From NCBI GenBank assembly GCA_963789955.1, contig CAWBMV010000036.1:128001-192000 (forward strand): a DNA stretch of 64,000 nucleotides. The letters run 5' to 3'. The stretch is from an uncultured Candidatus Rokubacteria bacterium. GTDB lineage: Bacteria > Methylomirabilota > Methylomirabilia > Rokubacteriales > CSP1-6. A model generated the notes under the pieces. It was not told the DNA's origin and made no database searches. It saw nothing but the letters and a program-made list of their open reading frames with translations. The position numbers were made by a program, and so were the translations under genes. Shown in pieces: positions 1-10,922 of this stretch (position 1 is its first letter; every line of letters begins with the position of its first letter).

Positions 1-1361
<1,361 letters not shown>

Positions 1362-1390
1362 TTACCAGTTGCTGTACGTGTTCAGGGCAA

Positions 1391-1424
1391 ATAAAAAAGC
1401 CTCCCCGGGTTACGGGAGAGGCTC
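1391..1424 (-). terminator. Rho-independent terminator (attenuator) upstream of leuA
   Basis: Minus strand reads GAGCCTCTCCCGTAACCCGGGGAGGCTTTTTTAT, a GC stem-loop with a U-tract, about 45 nt before the leuA start. Confidence 0.85.
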
Positions 1425-1453
1425 TTTCGGCGCGCGCCCGAGGGGACGCGCGC

Positions 1454-1528
1454 CTAATTCAGGGACAGGCTCGCGAGCCGGAAATCTGCGCTCGTCGTCC
1501 TCACGGTTTCAAGGGTCATCGGTTTCAT
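1454..1528 (-). CDS. Putative leuA attenuator leader peptide, 24 aa (MKPMTLETVRTTSADFRLASLSLN)
   Basis: ATG at 1528 to TAG at 1454, with three Leu codons in the last seven positions. Lies between the promoter and the terminator. Confidence 0.7.
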   Translation of the reverse strand: MKPMTLETVRTTSADFRLASLSLN

Positions 1529-1538
1529 GTGTCCGCAT

Positions 1539-1567
1539 ATTGTCCGAGTTCACGCCCCCATTGTCAA
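1539..1567 (-). promoter_or_regulatory. Sigma-70-type promoter for the leader/leuA transcript
   Basis: Minus strand TTGACA-17 nt-GACAAT, 10 nt upstream of the leader ATG. Confidence 0.7.
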
Positions 1568-1635
1568 CTCCGACTGTTGCGGGTAGCCTCTGGGGTGACA
1601 CCCGCTCAGATGCGGTCTCGCGAGAGGAGCCGGAG

Positions 1636-2196
1636 ATGTCAGAGCGCAATTCGGTGTGGTTCCGTCCGCTATGGTTCGGCCTGCTCATCGCTACAAGTGC
1701 GGCGATCACCACGGTATTCACGTGCGTCACGCCGTTTGCGGCGTTCGCGGTGATCGCCGCGGTCACCTTGTCGCGGCGTGACGCGGTGATGCTGGCGGTG
1801 GCGCTCTGGCTCACCAATCAGGCCGTCGGGTTCGGCCTGCTCCACTATCCGTGGACCGCGTCGACTCTCGCCTGGGGCGTCGCCCTCGGCGGCGCCGCTG
1901 TGATCGGCACGCTCGGCGCCCTCTGGGTGTTCCAGCGCCTCGCATCGCGGCCGTCGCTCGCTCAAAACGGCGCGGCATTCGGCGCGGCGTTCGTCCTCTA
2001 CCAGCTCACACTCTACGCGGTGGCGGTGTCGTGGCTCGGCGGGACCGACATGTTCGCACCCGGGATCGTCAGCCAGGTGCTCGTGATCAACGCGGTGACG
2101 CTGGTCGGGCTCTTCGCGCTGCGCCGGGTGGTCGCGGGAGCCGCGCTACTGATTCATCGGCGCCGCGCTCACGCTTCGCCCGCGCGACTGGCGTAG
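1636..2196 (+). CDS. Hypothetical integral membrane protein
   Basis: Several hydrophobic helices; ATG at 1636 after GAGGAG/GGAG. Confidence 0.75.
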   Translation: MSERNSVWFRPLWFGLLIATSAAITTVFTCVTPFAAFAVIAAVTLSRRDAVMLAVALWLTNQAVGFGLLHYPWTASTLAWGVALGGAAVIGTLGALWVFQRLASRPSLAQNGAAFGAAFVLYQLTLYAVAVSWLGGTDMFAPGIVSQVLVINAVTLVGLFALRRVVAGAALLIHRRRAHASPARLA

Positions 2197-3457
2197 GCGC
2201 CCGCCGAGACCTCGCGCAGCCGCCGCTCGAGAAACCGGCGCTCGCTGTCGTTGGTGACCAGCGCGAGCGCCCGCGCGTAGCTCTTCGCCGCTTCCTCAGC
2301 GGACCCGAGGCGGCGCAGCAGGTCGGCGCGCGCGGCGTGCAGCAGGTGATAGCGCGTCGAGATCGCCGCCGGCCGCGAGCGCATCGATGAGCGCGAGCGC
2401 CGGCGCGAGGGCCGTCGACCATCGCGACCGCCACCGCCCGGTTCAGCGACACGACGGGCGAGGGCTGCAGTCGCTCGAGCAGATCGTAGAGGCGCACGAT
2501 CTGCGGCCAGTCGGTGTCCTCGGCCCGCGCCGCCCGACAATGCACGGCCGCGATCGCCGCCTGCAGCGCGAACGGCCCGGGCCGCCGCGCAGCGCCTCCT
2601 CGACGAGCGGCAGCGCCTCGGCGATCTGCGGCTCGATTCCAGCGGCCGCGATCCTGCTCTTCGAGAAGGACGAGATCGCCCGCCTCGTCGAGCCGGGCCT
2701 CGCGCCGCGAATCGTGCAGCAGCATGAGGGCCAGAAGCGCGGTCGCCTCCGCCGGCGTCGCGGCGCCATCAGCGCTCGCACGAGCCGCCCGAGCCGGATC
2801 GCCTCGGCGCAGAGGTCGGTCCGCACGAGCGGCTCGCCGCGGGTCGCCGCGTAGCCTTCGTTGAAGATGAGATAGATCACGGTCAGCACCGCGTCGAGCC
2901 GCGCCGGCATGTCCTTCGTGTCGGGCACCGAGTAGGGAATGCCGGCGTCGCGGATCTTGCGCTTGGCGCGCACCAGCCGCTGCGCCATCGTCGCGGCCGG
3001 CACGAGAAAGGCGCGCGCGATCTCGTCGGTCTCGAGGCCGCCCAGCGTGCGGAGCGTCAGCGCCACCTGCGCCTCGAGCGCCAGCGCGGGATGGCAGCAG
3101 GTGAAGATCAGCCGCAGGCGATCGTCGGGAATCTCGGTCGGGATCGTAGTCCGGCTCCTCGGCCATGTCGGGCCGGCCTCGGACGCCGCGTACGTGTCGA
3201 GCTTCTCCTCGAGCCGCGCTCGGCGCCGGATGCGGTCGATCGCCTTGTGGCGCGCCGTCTGGATGATCCAGGCGCGCGGGAACTCGGGGACGCCGGCGGT
3301 CGCGCCACTGGTCGACCGCGGCCGCAAACGCCTCCTGGGCGGCCTCTTCGGCCACGTCGAAGTCGCCGACGAGCCGGATCAGGGTGGCGACGATCCGGCC
3401 CCAGTCGGAGCGATAGACCGCGTCGACGGCCGCGCTGGCTCCCACGAGGGGTTCCAC
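2169..3457 (-). CDS. ECF RNA polymerase sigma factor with C-terminal extension (ECF42-like), several frameshifts
   Basis: Segments in three frames: [47 protein letters not shown]...[31 protein letters not shown]...[25 protein letters not shown]. Confidence 0.9.
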
Positions 3458-3477
3458 GGTAGATAATTTACGCCGGG

Positions 3478-3505
3478 TGTCGATCCCGCCACGTCGCCGT
3501 TCGAC
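3478..3505 (+). promoter_or_regulatory. Putative ECF42-type promoter upstream of the DGPF gene
   Basis: TGTCGA...CGTTCGAC ends 19 nt before the start at 3525 and resembles the TGTCGA / CGAC-CGTC motif associated with ECF42 sigmas. Confidence 0.55.
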
Positions 3506-3524
3506 TCACTGACGGAGGGGCACG

Positions 3525-3875
3525 GTGAAATATCTGTTGCTCGTATATCTCGACGAGACCTGGGAAAAGCGCAGCCTGGCCGAGCGCCAGGAGGCCTACT
3601 GGGGCCAAGTCAAAGCGCACAGAAGAGCTGCCGCGGCCAGCTACCTCGGGGGCAATCCACTGCACCCGACGTCGACGGCGACGAGCGTCCGGGTGCGAGA
3701 CGGCAAGCGCCTCCTGACCGATGGCCCGTTCGCCGAGACGCGCGAGCATCTCGGCGGGTATATGCTCATCGACGTCGAGAACCTCGACGAGGCGATTGCC
3801 ATCGCGGCGCGAGGCCCTCTGGCGCGCGTCGGTACCATAGAGGTCCGTCCGGTCCGGGAGGGCCCGCCGGCGTAG
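3525..3875 (+). CDS. YciI/YCII-related (DGPF) protein
   Basis: LHPTSTATSVRVRDGKRLLTDGPFAETREHLGGY and IEVRPV. Confidence 0.92.
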   Translation: MKYLLLVYLDETWEKRSLAERQEAYWGQVKAHRRAAAASYLGGNPLHPTSTATSVRVRDGKRLLTDGPFAETREHLGGYMLIDVENLDEAIAIAARGPLARVGTIEVRPVREGPPA

Positions 3876-3962
3876 CGCCGCGGAGCTCGTCACATATGCG
3901 GCCGAACGCTGGGAGCAGCCGGCTCACGCTGTCGCGCCCGAATTGAAAATCGCGGAAGGGGA

Positions 3963-4445
3963 TTGAGCATGACGTATGCGCTGTGGATCGTCCAGGTATT
4001 GCTCGCGCTGTTGTTTCTGTTCGCCGGCGCCATGAAATTCATCATGCCGATCGAGGAGATGACCAAGGACATCCAGTTGCCGGCCGCCTTCCTTCGATTC
4101 ATCGGGGTGGCCGAGATCGTCGGCGCGATCGGCCTGATCGTGCCCTCGCTCCTCCGGATCCGTCCGGGGCTGACGCCTCTGGCCGCCGTGGGCCTGGTCA
4201 TCATCATGATCGGCGCGACGGTGTTGAGCCTGATGATCGGTGGCGTCGTGATGGCGCTGATGCCGTTCGTGATCGGGCTCCTCGCGGCGTTCGTGGCCTA
4301 CGGCCGCTGGAAGCTGGCGCCGGTCGCCGGCTCGCCCAGGGCGCGGCGTTTCGCGAGGCTCGGTGAGCCGTGCTGCTCAAGATCCTCCTCGCTGTCGCCG
4401 CGATCGTGGTGCTGGTGGTCGCCGTATTCGCGGTGCTCGTCGTGA
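3963..4445 (+). CDS. DoxX-family membrane protein (true stop may be near 4366)
   Basis: LWIVQVLLALLFLFAGAMK...FIGVAEIVGAIGLIVP...LTPLAAVGL. The tail overlaps the next gene, suggesting an indel. Confidence 0.85.
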   Translation: MSMTYALWIVQVLLALLFLFAGAMKFIMPIEEMTKDIQLPAAFLRFIGVAEIVGAIGLIVPSLLRIRPGLTPLAAVGLVIIMIGATVLSLMIGGVVMALMPFVIGLLAAFVAYGRWKLAPVAGSPRARRFARLGEPCCSRSSSLSPRSWCWWSPYSRCSS

Positions 4446-4921
4446 TGCAGCCGTCCGAGTTCCGCATCCAGCGGAGCGCCACCATCGCCGCGCCCGCGCC
4501 GGTGGTGTTCGCGCAGGTCAACGATTTCCACAACTGGGAAGCCTGGTCTCCGTGGGCGAAGCTCGATCCGTCGGTCAAGAACTCGTTCGAGGGCGCGCCC
4601 GCCGGCACCGGGACGTCCTTCGCGTGGGCCGGCAACAGCAAAGTGGGCGAGGGTCGCATGACGATCGTCGAGAGTCGGCCGAGTGAGCTCGTGCGGATCA
4701 AGCTCGAGTTCCTGGAACCGTTCGCGGCGACCAACACAGCGGAGTTCACGTTCAAGCCTGAGGGTGATCGGACCGCTGTGACGTGGAGCATGGACGGCCA
4801 CAACAATCTCGCGGCCCGCGCGATCGGCCTGGTCGTCAACATGGACAGGTTTCTCGGCGGTGAGTTCGAGAAGGGCCTGGCCAGCATGAAGTCGGTGGCG
4901 GAAGCCTCAGCCACGAAATAG
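4370..4921 (+). CDS. SRPBCC / polyketide cyclase-dehydrase family protein
   Basis: N-terminal membrane anchor, then RSATIAAPAPVVFAQVNDFHNWEAWSPW...FEKGLASMK. Confidence 0.9.
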   Translation: MLLKILLAVAAIVVLVVAVFAVLVVMQPSEFRIQRSATIAAPAPVVFAQVNDFHNWEAWSPWAKLDPSVKNSFEGAPAGTGTSFAWAGNSKVGEGRMTIVESRPSELVRIKLEFLEPFAATNTAEFTFKPEGDRTAVTWSMDGHNNLAARAIGLVVNMDRFLGGEFEKGLASMKSVAEASATK

Positions 4922-4943
4922 GGATTGGAAGGGAGAGAAGACC

Positions 4944-5053
4944 GTGCGATTCATGGTGCTGGTGAAAGCGGACACGAATTCAGAGGCCGGCGTGCTCCTC
5001 GCCGGCGAAGGGCTCCATCCGAGGTCGGCGCGAAGAACGCAACGAAGAAGTAG
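4944..5053 (+). pseudogene. Remnant of a second YciI-family gene
   Basis: RBS plus GTG, reading MRFMVLVKADTNSEAGVLLAGEGLHP. This is a YciI N-terminus joined directly to the LLAGEGLHP motif, with no DGPF half. Confidence 0.65.
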
Positions 5054-5065
5054 GAGGACCACCGC

Positions 5066-6183
5066 ATGAGCCGCGTGAGAGTACTGATCGGCACTCGAAA
5101 AGGCGCCTTCGTCCTGACCTCTGACGGCAAGCGCGAACGCTGGGACGTGAGCGGCCCGCACTTCGGCGGCTGGGAGATCTATCACATGAAGGGATCGCCC
5201 GCCGACCCGAATCGAATCTACGCGTCGCAGTCGAGCAGCTGGTTCGGCCAGGTGATCCAGCGCTCCAGCGACGGCGGCAAGACCTGGGAGACGGTCGGCA
5301 ACAAGTTCGCCTACGAAGGCGCTGTCGGCAACCATCTCTGGTACGACGGAACGCAGCACCCGTGGGAGTTCGCGCGCGTCTGGCATCTCGAGCCGTCGCT
5401 CGACGATCCCGACACGGTCTACGCCGGCATCGAGGACGCCGCGATGTTTCGCACGACCGACGGCGGCCAGACGTGGCAGCGAGCTCACCGGCCTGCGCAA
5501 CCATCCGTCCGCGCCGGAGTGGCAGCCGGGCGCTGGCGGCATGTGCCTGCACACGATCCTGCTCGATCCAAGGCATCTCGGGCGGATCTACATCGCGATC
5601 TCCGCGGCGGGCGTCTTCCGGAGCGACGACGCCGGCGAGACGTGGCGGCCGATGAATCGCGGGCTCGTGTCCGAGCAGATCCCGAATCCCGACGGCCGAG
5701 GTCGGCCACTGCGTGCATCGGATCGCCATGCATCCGTCGCGTCCGAACGTGCTGTTCATGCAGAAGCACTGGGACGTCATGCGCAGCGACGATGCCGGCG
5801 AATCCTGGAAGGACGTCGGCGGAAACCTGCCGACCGATTTCGGCTTCCCGATCGATGTGCACGCGCACGAGCCGAACACCGTCTACGTCGTCCCGATCAA
5901 GAGCGACTCCGAGCACTATCTGCCCGACGGCAAGCTGCGCGTGTACCGCAGCCGCACCGGCGGCAACGAGTGGGAACCGCTGACGAAGGGGCTGCCGCAG
6001 AGCCACTGCTACGTCAACGTGCTGCGCGACGCGATGGCCGTCGATTCGCTCGATCCGTGCGGCGTCTATTTCGGCACGACCGGCGGTCAGGTGTACGCGT
6101 CGGCGGATGCGGGCGACAGCTGGGCGCCGATCGTCCGCGATCTGCCGTCGGTGGTGTCGGTCGAGGTACAGACGCTGTCATGA
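5066..6183 (+). CDS. BNR/Asp-box repeat (sialidase-like beta-propeller) protein, frameshifts near 5480 and 5695
   Basis: Repeated SxDGGxTW motifs ([44 protein letters not shown]) spread over three frames. Confidence 0.88.
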
Positions 6184-6476
6184 TCCGGGTCGTGCTCCCG
6201 GCGCATCTTCGGACGCTCGCGCGCGTCGAGGGCGAGCTGAAGCTCGACGTCGAAGGACCGGCGACTCAGCGGTCGATCCTCGACGCGCTCGAAGCCGCCT
6301 ATCCGATGCTGCGCGGGACGATCCGCGATCAAGTCAATGGGCAGCGCCGCGCCTTCGTGAGATTCTTCGCCTGCGAGCAGGACGTGTCGCAGGACTCGCC
6401 GGACGAGCCGCTCCCCGAAGCGGTCGCCACCGGCGTCGAGCCGTTCCTGATCGTCGGGGCCATGGCCGGGGGCTAG
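6180..6476 (+). CDS. MoaD/ThiS-family ubiquitin-like protein
   Basis: [14 protein letters not shown]...IVGAMAGG* with a C-terminal di-glycine; ATGA overlap with the upstream gene. Confidence 0.9.
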   Translation: MIRVVLPAHLRTLARVEGELKLDVEGPATQRSILDALEAAYPMLRGTIRDQVNGQRRAFVRFFACEQDVSQDSPDEPLPEAVATGVEPFLIVGAMAGG

Positions 6477-6490
6477 GGAGAGCGAGCGCG

Positions 6491-7717
6491 ATGACGCGAA
6501 GGATCTTCTACGGGTGGTTCATCGTCGGTTCGGGCATCGTCGTCACCTGCGTCGGCGTCGGCGCGATGCTTTCGCTCAGCGTGTTCCTGCAGCCCATGTC
6601 CGAAGCGATGGGCTGGTCGCGTACGGGCATCTCGACCGCCGCGCTCATCACCTGGCTTTGCATGGGCATCAGCGCGTTCGTCTGGGGCGCGCTTTCCGAC
6701 CGTTTCGGCACCCGCGCGGTCGTGCTCAGCGGCGGTGTCCTGCTCGGCCTCGGCCTGGTGACGGCGAGCCGGGCGGCCACCCTCGGTCAGTTTCAGCTCC
6801 TGTTCGGCGTGCTCGTCGGGGCCGCGGCGGGGAGCTTCTATGCGCCGCTGACGGCGACGACCACGCGCTGGTTCACGCGCAATCGCAGCCTCGCCGTGGC
6901 ACTGGTCTCCGCGGGGCTGAGCCTCGGGTCCACGACCGTGGGACCGCTGGCGCGCTGGCTCATCACCAGCTACGACTGGCGCACCGCCATGCTCGTGATC
7001 GGCGACCTCGCATGGCTTCTGATCATCCCCGCCGCCTTGCTGGTGCGTGAGCCGCCGCCCTCGACGGATCCGGTCGCGATAGCTGCGGCCGCGACGGAGG
7101 GCCCCGGTTTCACGGTGGGGCAGGCGCTGACCTCACCGCAATTCGCCGCGATCGCGCTCGCCTTCTTCGCCTGCTGCGCGGCGCACTCCGGCCCGATCTT
7201 CCACATGATCACGCACGCGATCGATCACGGCGTGTCGGCGATGGCCGCCACCACCGTGCTCAGCGTCGCGGGCCTGGCGTCGCTGAGCGGCCGGATCATC
7301 TGCGGGCTCGTCGCCGATCGCATCGGCGCCAAGCGTATGCTGTTGATCGGTCTCTCGATGCAGGCGGTCGCCGTGAGCCTCTATGTCTTCACGAACACGC
7401 TCGGGAGCTTCTACGCGCTCGCGATTCTGTTCGGCTTCAGCTACGGCGGCGTGATGCCGCTCTACGCGATCCTCATCCGCGAGTACTTCGGCGCCCGCAT
7501 CATGGGAACGACCTTCGGCGCGGTCTCCGCGATCTCGACGCTCGGGATGGCGCTGGGACCCTGGGCCGGCGGGTGGCTCTACGACACGCTCGGCGGCTAC
7601 TTCTGGCTCTACATGGGCTCGTTCGGGATCGGTCTCGGCGCGGTGGCGATCGCGTTGACGTTCCGCCCGCCGCGCCGGGTGCCGGTGGTGCTTCCCGCTC
7701 CGAGCCTGGCGCACTGA
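6491..7717 (+). CDS. MFS transporter
   Basis: FYGWFIV start, about 12 hydrophobic segments, GALSDRFGTR motif A. Confidence 0.92.
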   Translation: MTRRIFYGWFIVGSGIVVTCVGVGAMLSLSVFLQPMSEAMGWSRTGISTAALITWLCMGISAFVWGALSDRFGTRAVVLSGGVLLGLGLVTASRAATLGQFQLLFGVLVGAAAGSFYAPLTATTTRWFTRNRSLAVALVSAGLSLGSTTVGPLARWLITSYDWRTAMLVIGDLAWLLIIPAALLVREPPPSTDPVAIAAAATEGPGFTVGQALTSPQFAAIALAFFACCAAHSGPIFHMITHAIDHGVSAMAATTVLSVAGLASLSGRIICGLVADRIGAKRMLLIGLSMQAVAVSLYVFTNTLGSFYALAILFGFSYGGVMPLYAILIREYFGARIMGTTFGAVSAISTLGMALGPWAGGWLYDTLGGYFWLYMGSFGIGLGAVAIALTFRPPRRVPVVLPAPSLAH

Positions 7718-7743
7718 GCCACGCCAGGCCCGGAGCGGGGACG

Positions 7744-9531
7744 CTAGAAGTTCAGCCCCTCGGGCAGCGGCCCGACGATGGGCACCTCGAAGAATGGTCC
7801 GGCACCGTCCGGATCGATGACGACGGTGCCGTCGCTCTCGAAGAACGTCGCGATCTGCTCCTGAGCCGCCAGCGCCAGAGTGGCCACCGTCACCGGTAGC
7901 GGCGGTGCGGCGATGTTGGTCAGGAACGTATGCGGGTTGGCCGGCGCGCCGGGCACGGCGAGCCGCACGAGATCGTTGCGGAAGAAGGTCGAGCGATCGG
8001 TGAGCTCGCCGGCGCGGAAGATTGCGGTCGCCGTCGGGTTCGGCACGGTCTGATCGCCCTTGGCGAACTGGATGATGACCGGCGGCGGATCCGTTTCGCG
8101 GAGCGGGTGCTTTCTCAGATGGGGAGCGTACGCGACCGGGTTGCCCGACTGGGAGACCCACTCGGTGTTGTCGAGCACCACCTGGATCTCCATCGCTCCG
8201 GGGACGTTGTTGATGACCGCGGGCTGATTCCGTAGCGGCACGTTCTCGTTGAAGCCCCACGCCGGCGGCGCCAGCGGGCCCGCGTTGAGGAGCGACGGCA
8301 CTCGGCTTGCGAGCGAAATGCCGACCAGCGGACGAAACGCCGGGCTGAGACGCGCGATCTCGATGATCGGTCCGCCCGGAACGTTGGGTACGCCCGCCCG
8401 AATCGAGTCCTCGAGCGCGAGTAGCTTGACGCCATAGATGCCGCCGAACGACTGCCCGGCGTAGTAGATCTTCCGGTGACTCAACCCCGCGATGCCGCCG
8501 GTCTCGATGACCCGCACGAGCTGCATGAGGTCGGCCACCGTCTGTCGGAGCGCGTCGCGGTTGCCGATGATGCCGCGCGGCGGCAGCGCGTTCGTGCCCT
8601 CGGTCGAGTCGATGTTGCCGTTGCCGTCTTGATCGATGCCGCGGCCGCCGTCCGGAATGGTCATCGGCGCGCCCACGTTCGGCGTGATGACCAACGTCCC
8701 GGCGGCGCCGCCGCCGTGGCCGACGACGTTGATGGCGATCGTCGCGATACCGTGGCGCGCGAACGTCGCGGCGACCGCGAGCGGAGCGCCCTGCTTGCTG
8801 TCGGTGAAGCCGTGCCCGAAGATCGCCACCGGCCAGCCGCCCGCGGGCGGCGTCCCGGCCGGAAGCACCAGATTGAAGAACAGCGTGTTGACACCCTGAA
8901 CCGCGGGCACGCCGGTCCGCGTCCCGACCGGCGGGATGAACTTCGCGGATGTCTCCCAGTCGGGTGAGTCGAAGCGGCCGAAGGCGACCGAGCCAACCGC
9001 GCCGGGGAAGATGCCGAGGGCCGCCACCGGGAACACCGACGAACTGATCGCCGTCGGGTCCGCCAGATTCGTTTTGACCTGGCGGTTCCACACGATCGAC
9101 GTCGGCGTCAGATTGCCGAGCTCGAAGCTCGCGAGCAGCGTGGCCGGTTTCGGGCGATGGCTCTTGATCTCGTGCCGGATCTTCTCGAGGACGGCCGTCG
9201 CGCTGAGCGTGCTGAATACGCTCGCCGCCACGACGCGCTGTCCGCGGATCTTGACCTTCTCCAGTGCCTCGCGCAGGTCCCTGCGATAGTCGCCGAGGCT
9301 GCCGCCGTGATGGCCGCGCTTGCCGTCGTCGAGGAAGTCCTCGAGCGCGTCGCCTCCGACTCGCCGCCCGTCTGCGCCACGCACCCCGTCGGTCACGACC
9401 AGGAGATAGCGCGTGTGCTGGTCGAGGAGCTCGTCGGACTCCGCGTGCAGGGTGTTGCACGAGTTCGCCTTCGTGATGCCAGTCGCTGAAGCTGAAGGGC
9501 GCGACAGGTTCGACCGTCGCGCCGATCGCAA
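7744..9531 (-). CDS. Lipase-like alpha/beta hydrolase, apparently lacking its N-terminus
   Basis: GWPVAIFGHGFTD and GQSFGG nucleophile elbow. No credible start, RBS or signal peptide. Confidence 0.7.
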   Translation of the reverse strand: MRSARRSNLSRPSASATGITKANSCNTLHAESDELLDQHTRYLLVVTDGVRGADGRRVGGDALEDFLDDGKRGHHGGSLGDYRRDLREALEKVKIRGQRVVAASVFSTLSATAVLEKIRHEIKSHRPKPATLLASFELGNLTPTSIVWNRQVKTNLADPTAISSSVFPVAALGIFPGAVGSVAFGRFDSPDWETSAKFIPPVGTRTGVPAVQGVNTLFFNLVLPAGTPPAGGWPVAIFGHGFTDSKQGAPLAVAATFARHGIATIAINVVGHGGGAAGTLVITPNVGAPMTIPDGGRGIDQDGNGNIDSTEGTNALPPRGIIGNRDALRQTVADLMQLVRVIETGGIAGLSHRKIYYAGQSFGGIYGVKLLALEDSIRAGVPNVPGGPIIEIARLSPAFRPLVGISLASRVPSLLNAGPLAPPAWGFNENVPLRNQPAVINNVPGAMEIQVVLDNTEWVSQSGNPVAYAPHLRKHPLRETDPPPVIIQFAKGDQTVPNPTATAIFRAGELTDRSTFFRNDLVRLAVPGAPANPHTFLTNIAAPPLPVTVATLALAAQEQIATFFESDGTVVIDPDGAGPFFEVPIVGPLPEGLNF

Positions 9532-9626
9532 TCAGATAATCGCGATCGCGTCGCCCAGCGGCCGGCGCTAGCCCTTCAGGTTAGAATCAAAGGTAGGGAG
9601 ACGCCTCGACGTGACGGCGCGGATCG

Positions 9627-10922
9627 ATGCGATCTGAGCAGGGTGTGACTTCTCAGGCCGCAGCGCTCCGGCCGCTCGCCCGCGAAAACCCTGACGAAAC
9701 GTCTCGGGTCTTTACCCGACCGCTCCAGAAGCCGGCGCCTCAGATCGGCGGTGCGCTGACGGTGAGTCTGGTGCGAAGCCTTGACGAGCTGAGAGGCCAT
9801 CGGCTCGAGCTCGAGGATCTCGCCGGCGACTCGCTCGAGAGCAACGTCTTCTATGAGCCGATTCTGGCCGAGCCGGCGGTGCGGAGCTTCGGTGCCGGGA
9901 AACAGCTCGAATTCGTCCTGGTGTACCGGTCGGAGCCGGGCGCGCCGGGGCGAGCTCCCCAGCTCTGCGGGTTCTTCCCCTTCGAGCGGACCGCGCACTA
10001 TCGCGGGCTGCCGTTCACGGCGCTGACGTCGTTCAAGCACCTGCACTGCTTTCTGTGCACTCCCCTGATTCGCCGGAACGGTGCGAGCCAGACGTTCGCC
10101 ACGGCGCTCGACTGGCTGGTCGCGCAGTCCGGTGCGACCTTGATCGAGCTGCGATCGATCGGCGCGGAAGGGCCCGTGCATCAGCTCCTCGTGCAAGAGT
10201 TGCAGGCGCGGCGGCGGCCATTCTGGGTGCGGAACTGGTCGACCCGCGCGTTCTTCGAGCCCGGCGCCGACGCCGAGAGCTATCTGCGCGGCGCCATCTC
10301 CGGGTTGGCCTTGAAGGAAGTCCGGCGAAAAGAACGGCGTCTCCGTGAGCAGGGCCGCCTGGTCTGGCGAGAGCTCGAGCTCGCCGAGGATGCGCGCCCG
10401 TGGCTCGATGCCTTTTTGCGGCTGGAGGCGAGCGGCTGGAAAGGGCGCGGACGCAGCGCGCTGGCGTGCAACGCGCTCGAGAGCGAGTTCTTCGTCTCGG
10501 CGGCCACCGCCGCGCATGCCCGCGGGCGCCTGATGCTCCTGGGATTGTTCCTCGACGACCGGCCGCTCGCGCTCAAGTGCAACTTCATGGCCGGCGACGG
10601 AGGGTTCGCGTTCAAGATCGCCTTCCACGAGGCCTATCGAGCCTTCTCGCCGGGATTCCTGCTGGAAATCGAAAACGTTCGGCGCCTGCATCGACGGACC
10701 GACATCCGCTGGATGGACTCGTGCGCCGACGCGCAGCACGCGATGATCAACCGGCTCTGGCCCGGCCGGCGCACGATCACCACGGTTCTCTTCGGCACCG
10801 GCCGCGCGCCGGGCGATCTGCTCGTCTCGCTGATGCGGCTGCTCCGCTGGGGACGGCGGACTCTGACCAGGCCGTCGCGGGCCGGCGCCCGCGCCGAGAC
10901 TCCTGATGGAGATTCCACGTGA
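9627..10922 (+). CDS. GNAT-family acetyltransferase (CelD/BcsL-like)
   Basis: FLRLEASGWKG...FAFKIAFHEAYRAFSPGFLLE...WMDSCA. Confidence 0.88.
   Translation: MRSEQGVTSQAAALRPLARENPDETSRVFTRPLQKPAPQIGGALTVSLVRSLDELRGHRLELEDLAGDSLESNVFYEPILAEPAVRSFGAGKQLEFVLVYRSEPGAPGRAPQLCGFFPFERTAHYRGLPFTALTSFKHLHCFLCTPLIRRNGASQTFATALDWLVAQSGATLIELRSIGAEGPVHQLLVQELQARRRPFWVRNWSTRAFFEPGADAESYLRGAISGLALKEVRRKERRLREQGRLVWRELELAEDARPWLDAFLRLEASGWKGRGRSALACNALESEFFVSAATAAHARGRLMLLGLFLDDRPLALKCNFMAGDGGFAFKIAFHEAYRAFSPGFLLEIENVRRLHRRTDIRWMDSCADAQHAMINRLWPGRRTITTVLFGTGRAPGDLLVSLMRLLRWGRRTLTRPSRAGARAETPDGDST

Noticed and set aside
1568..1635. Riboswitch upstream of the membrane protein
   Set aside because: The region is short and no conserved riboswitch box was recognisable by eye.
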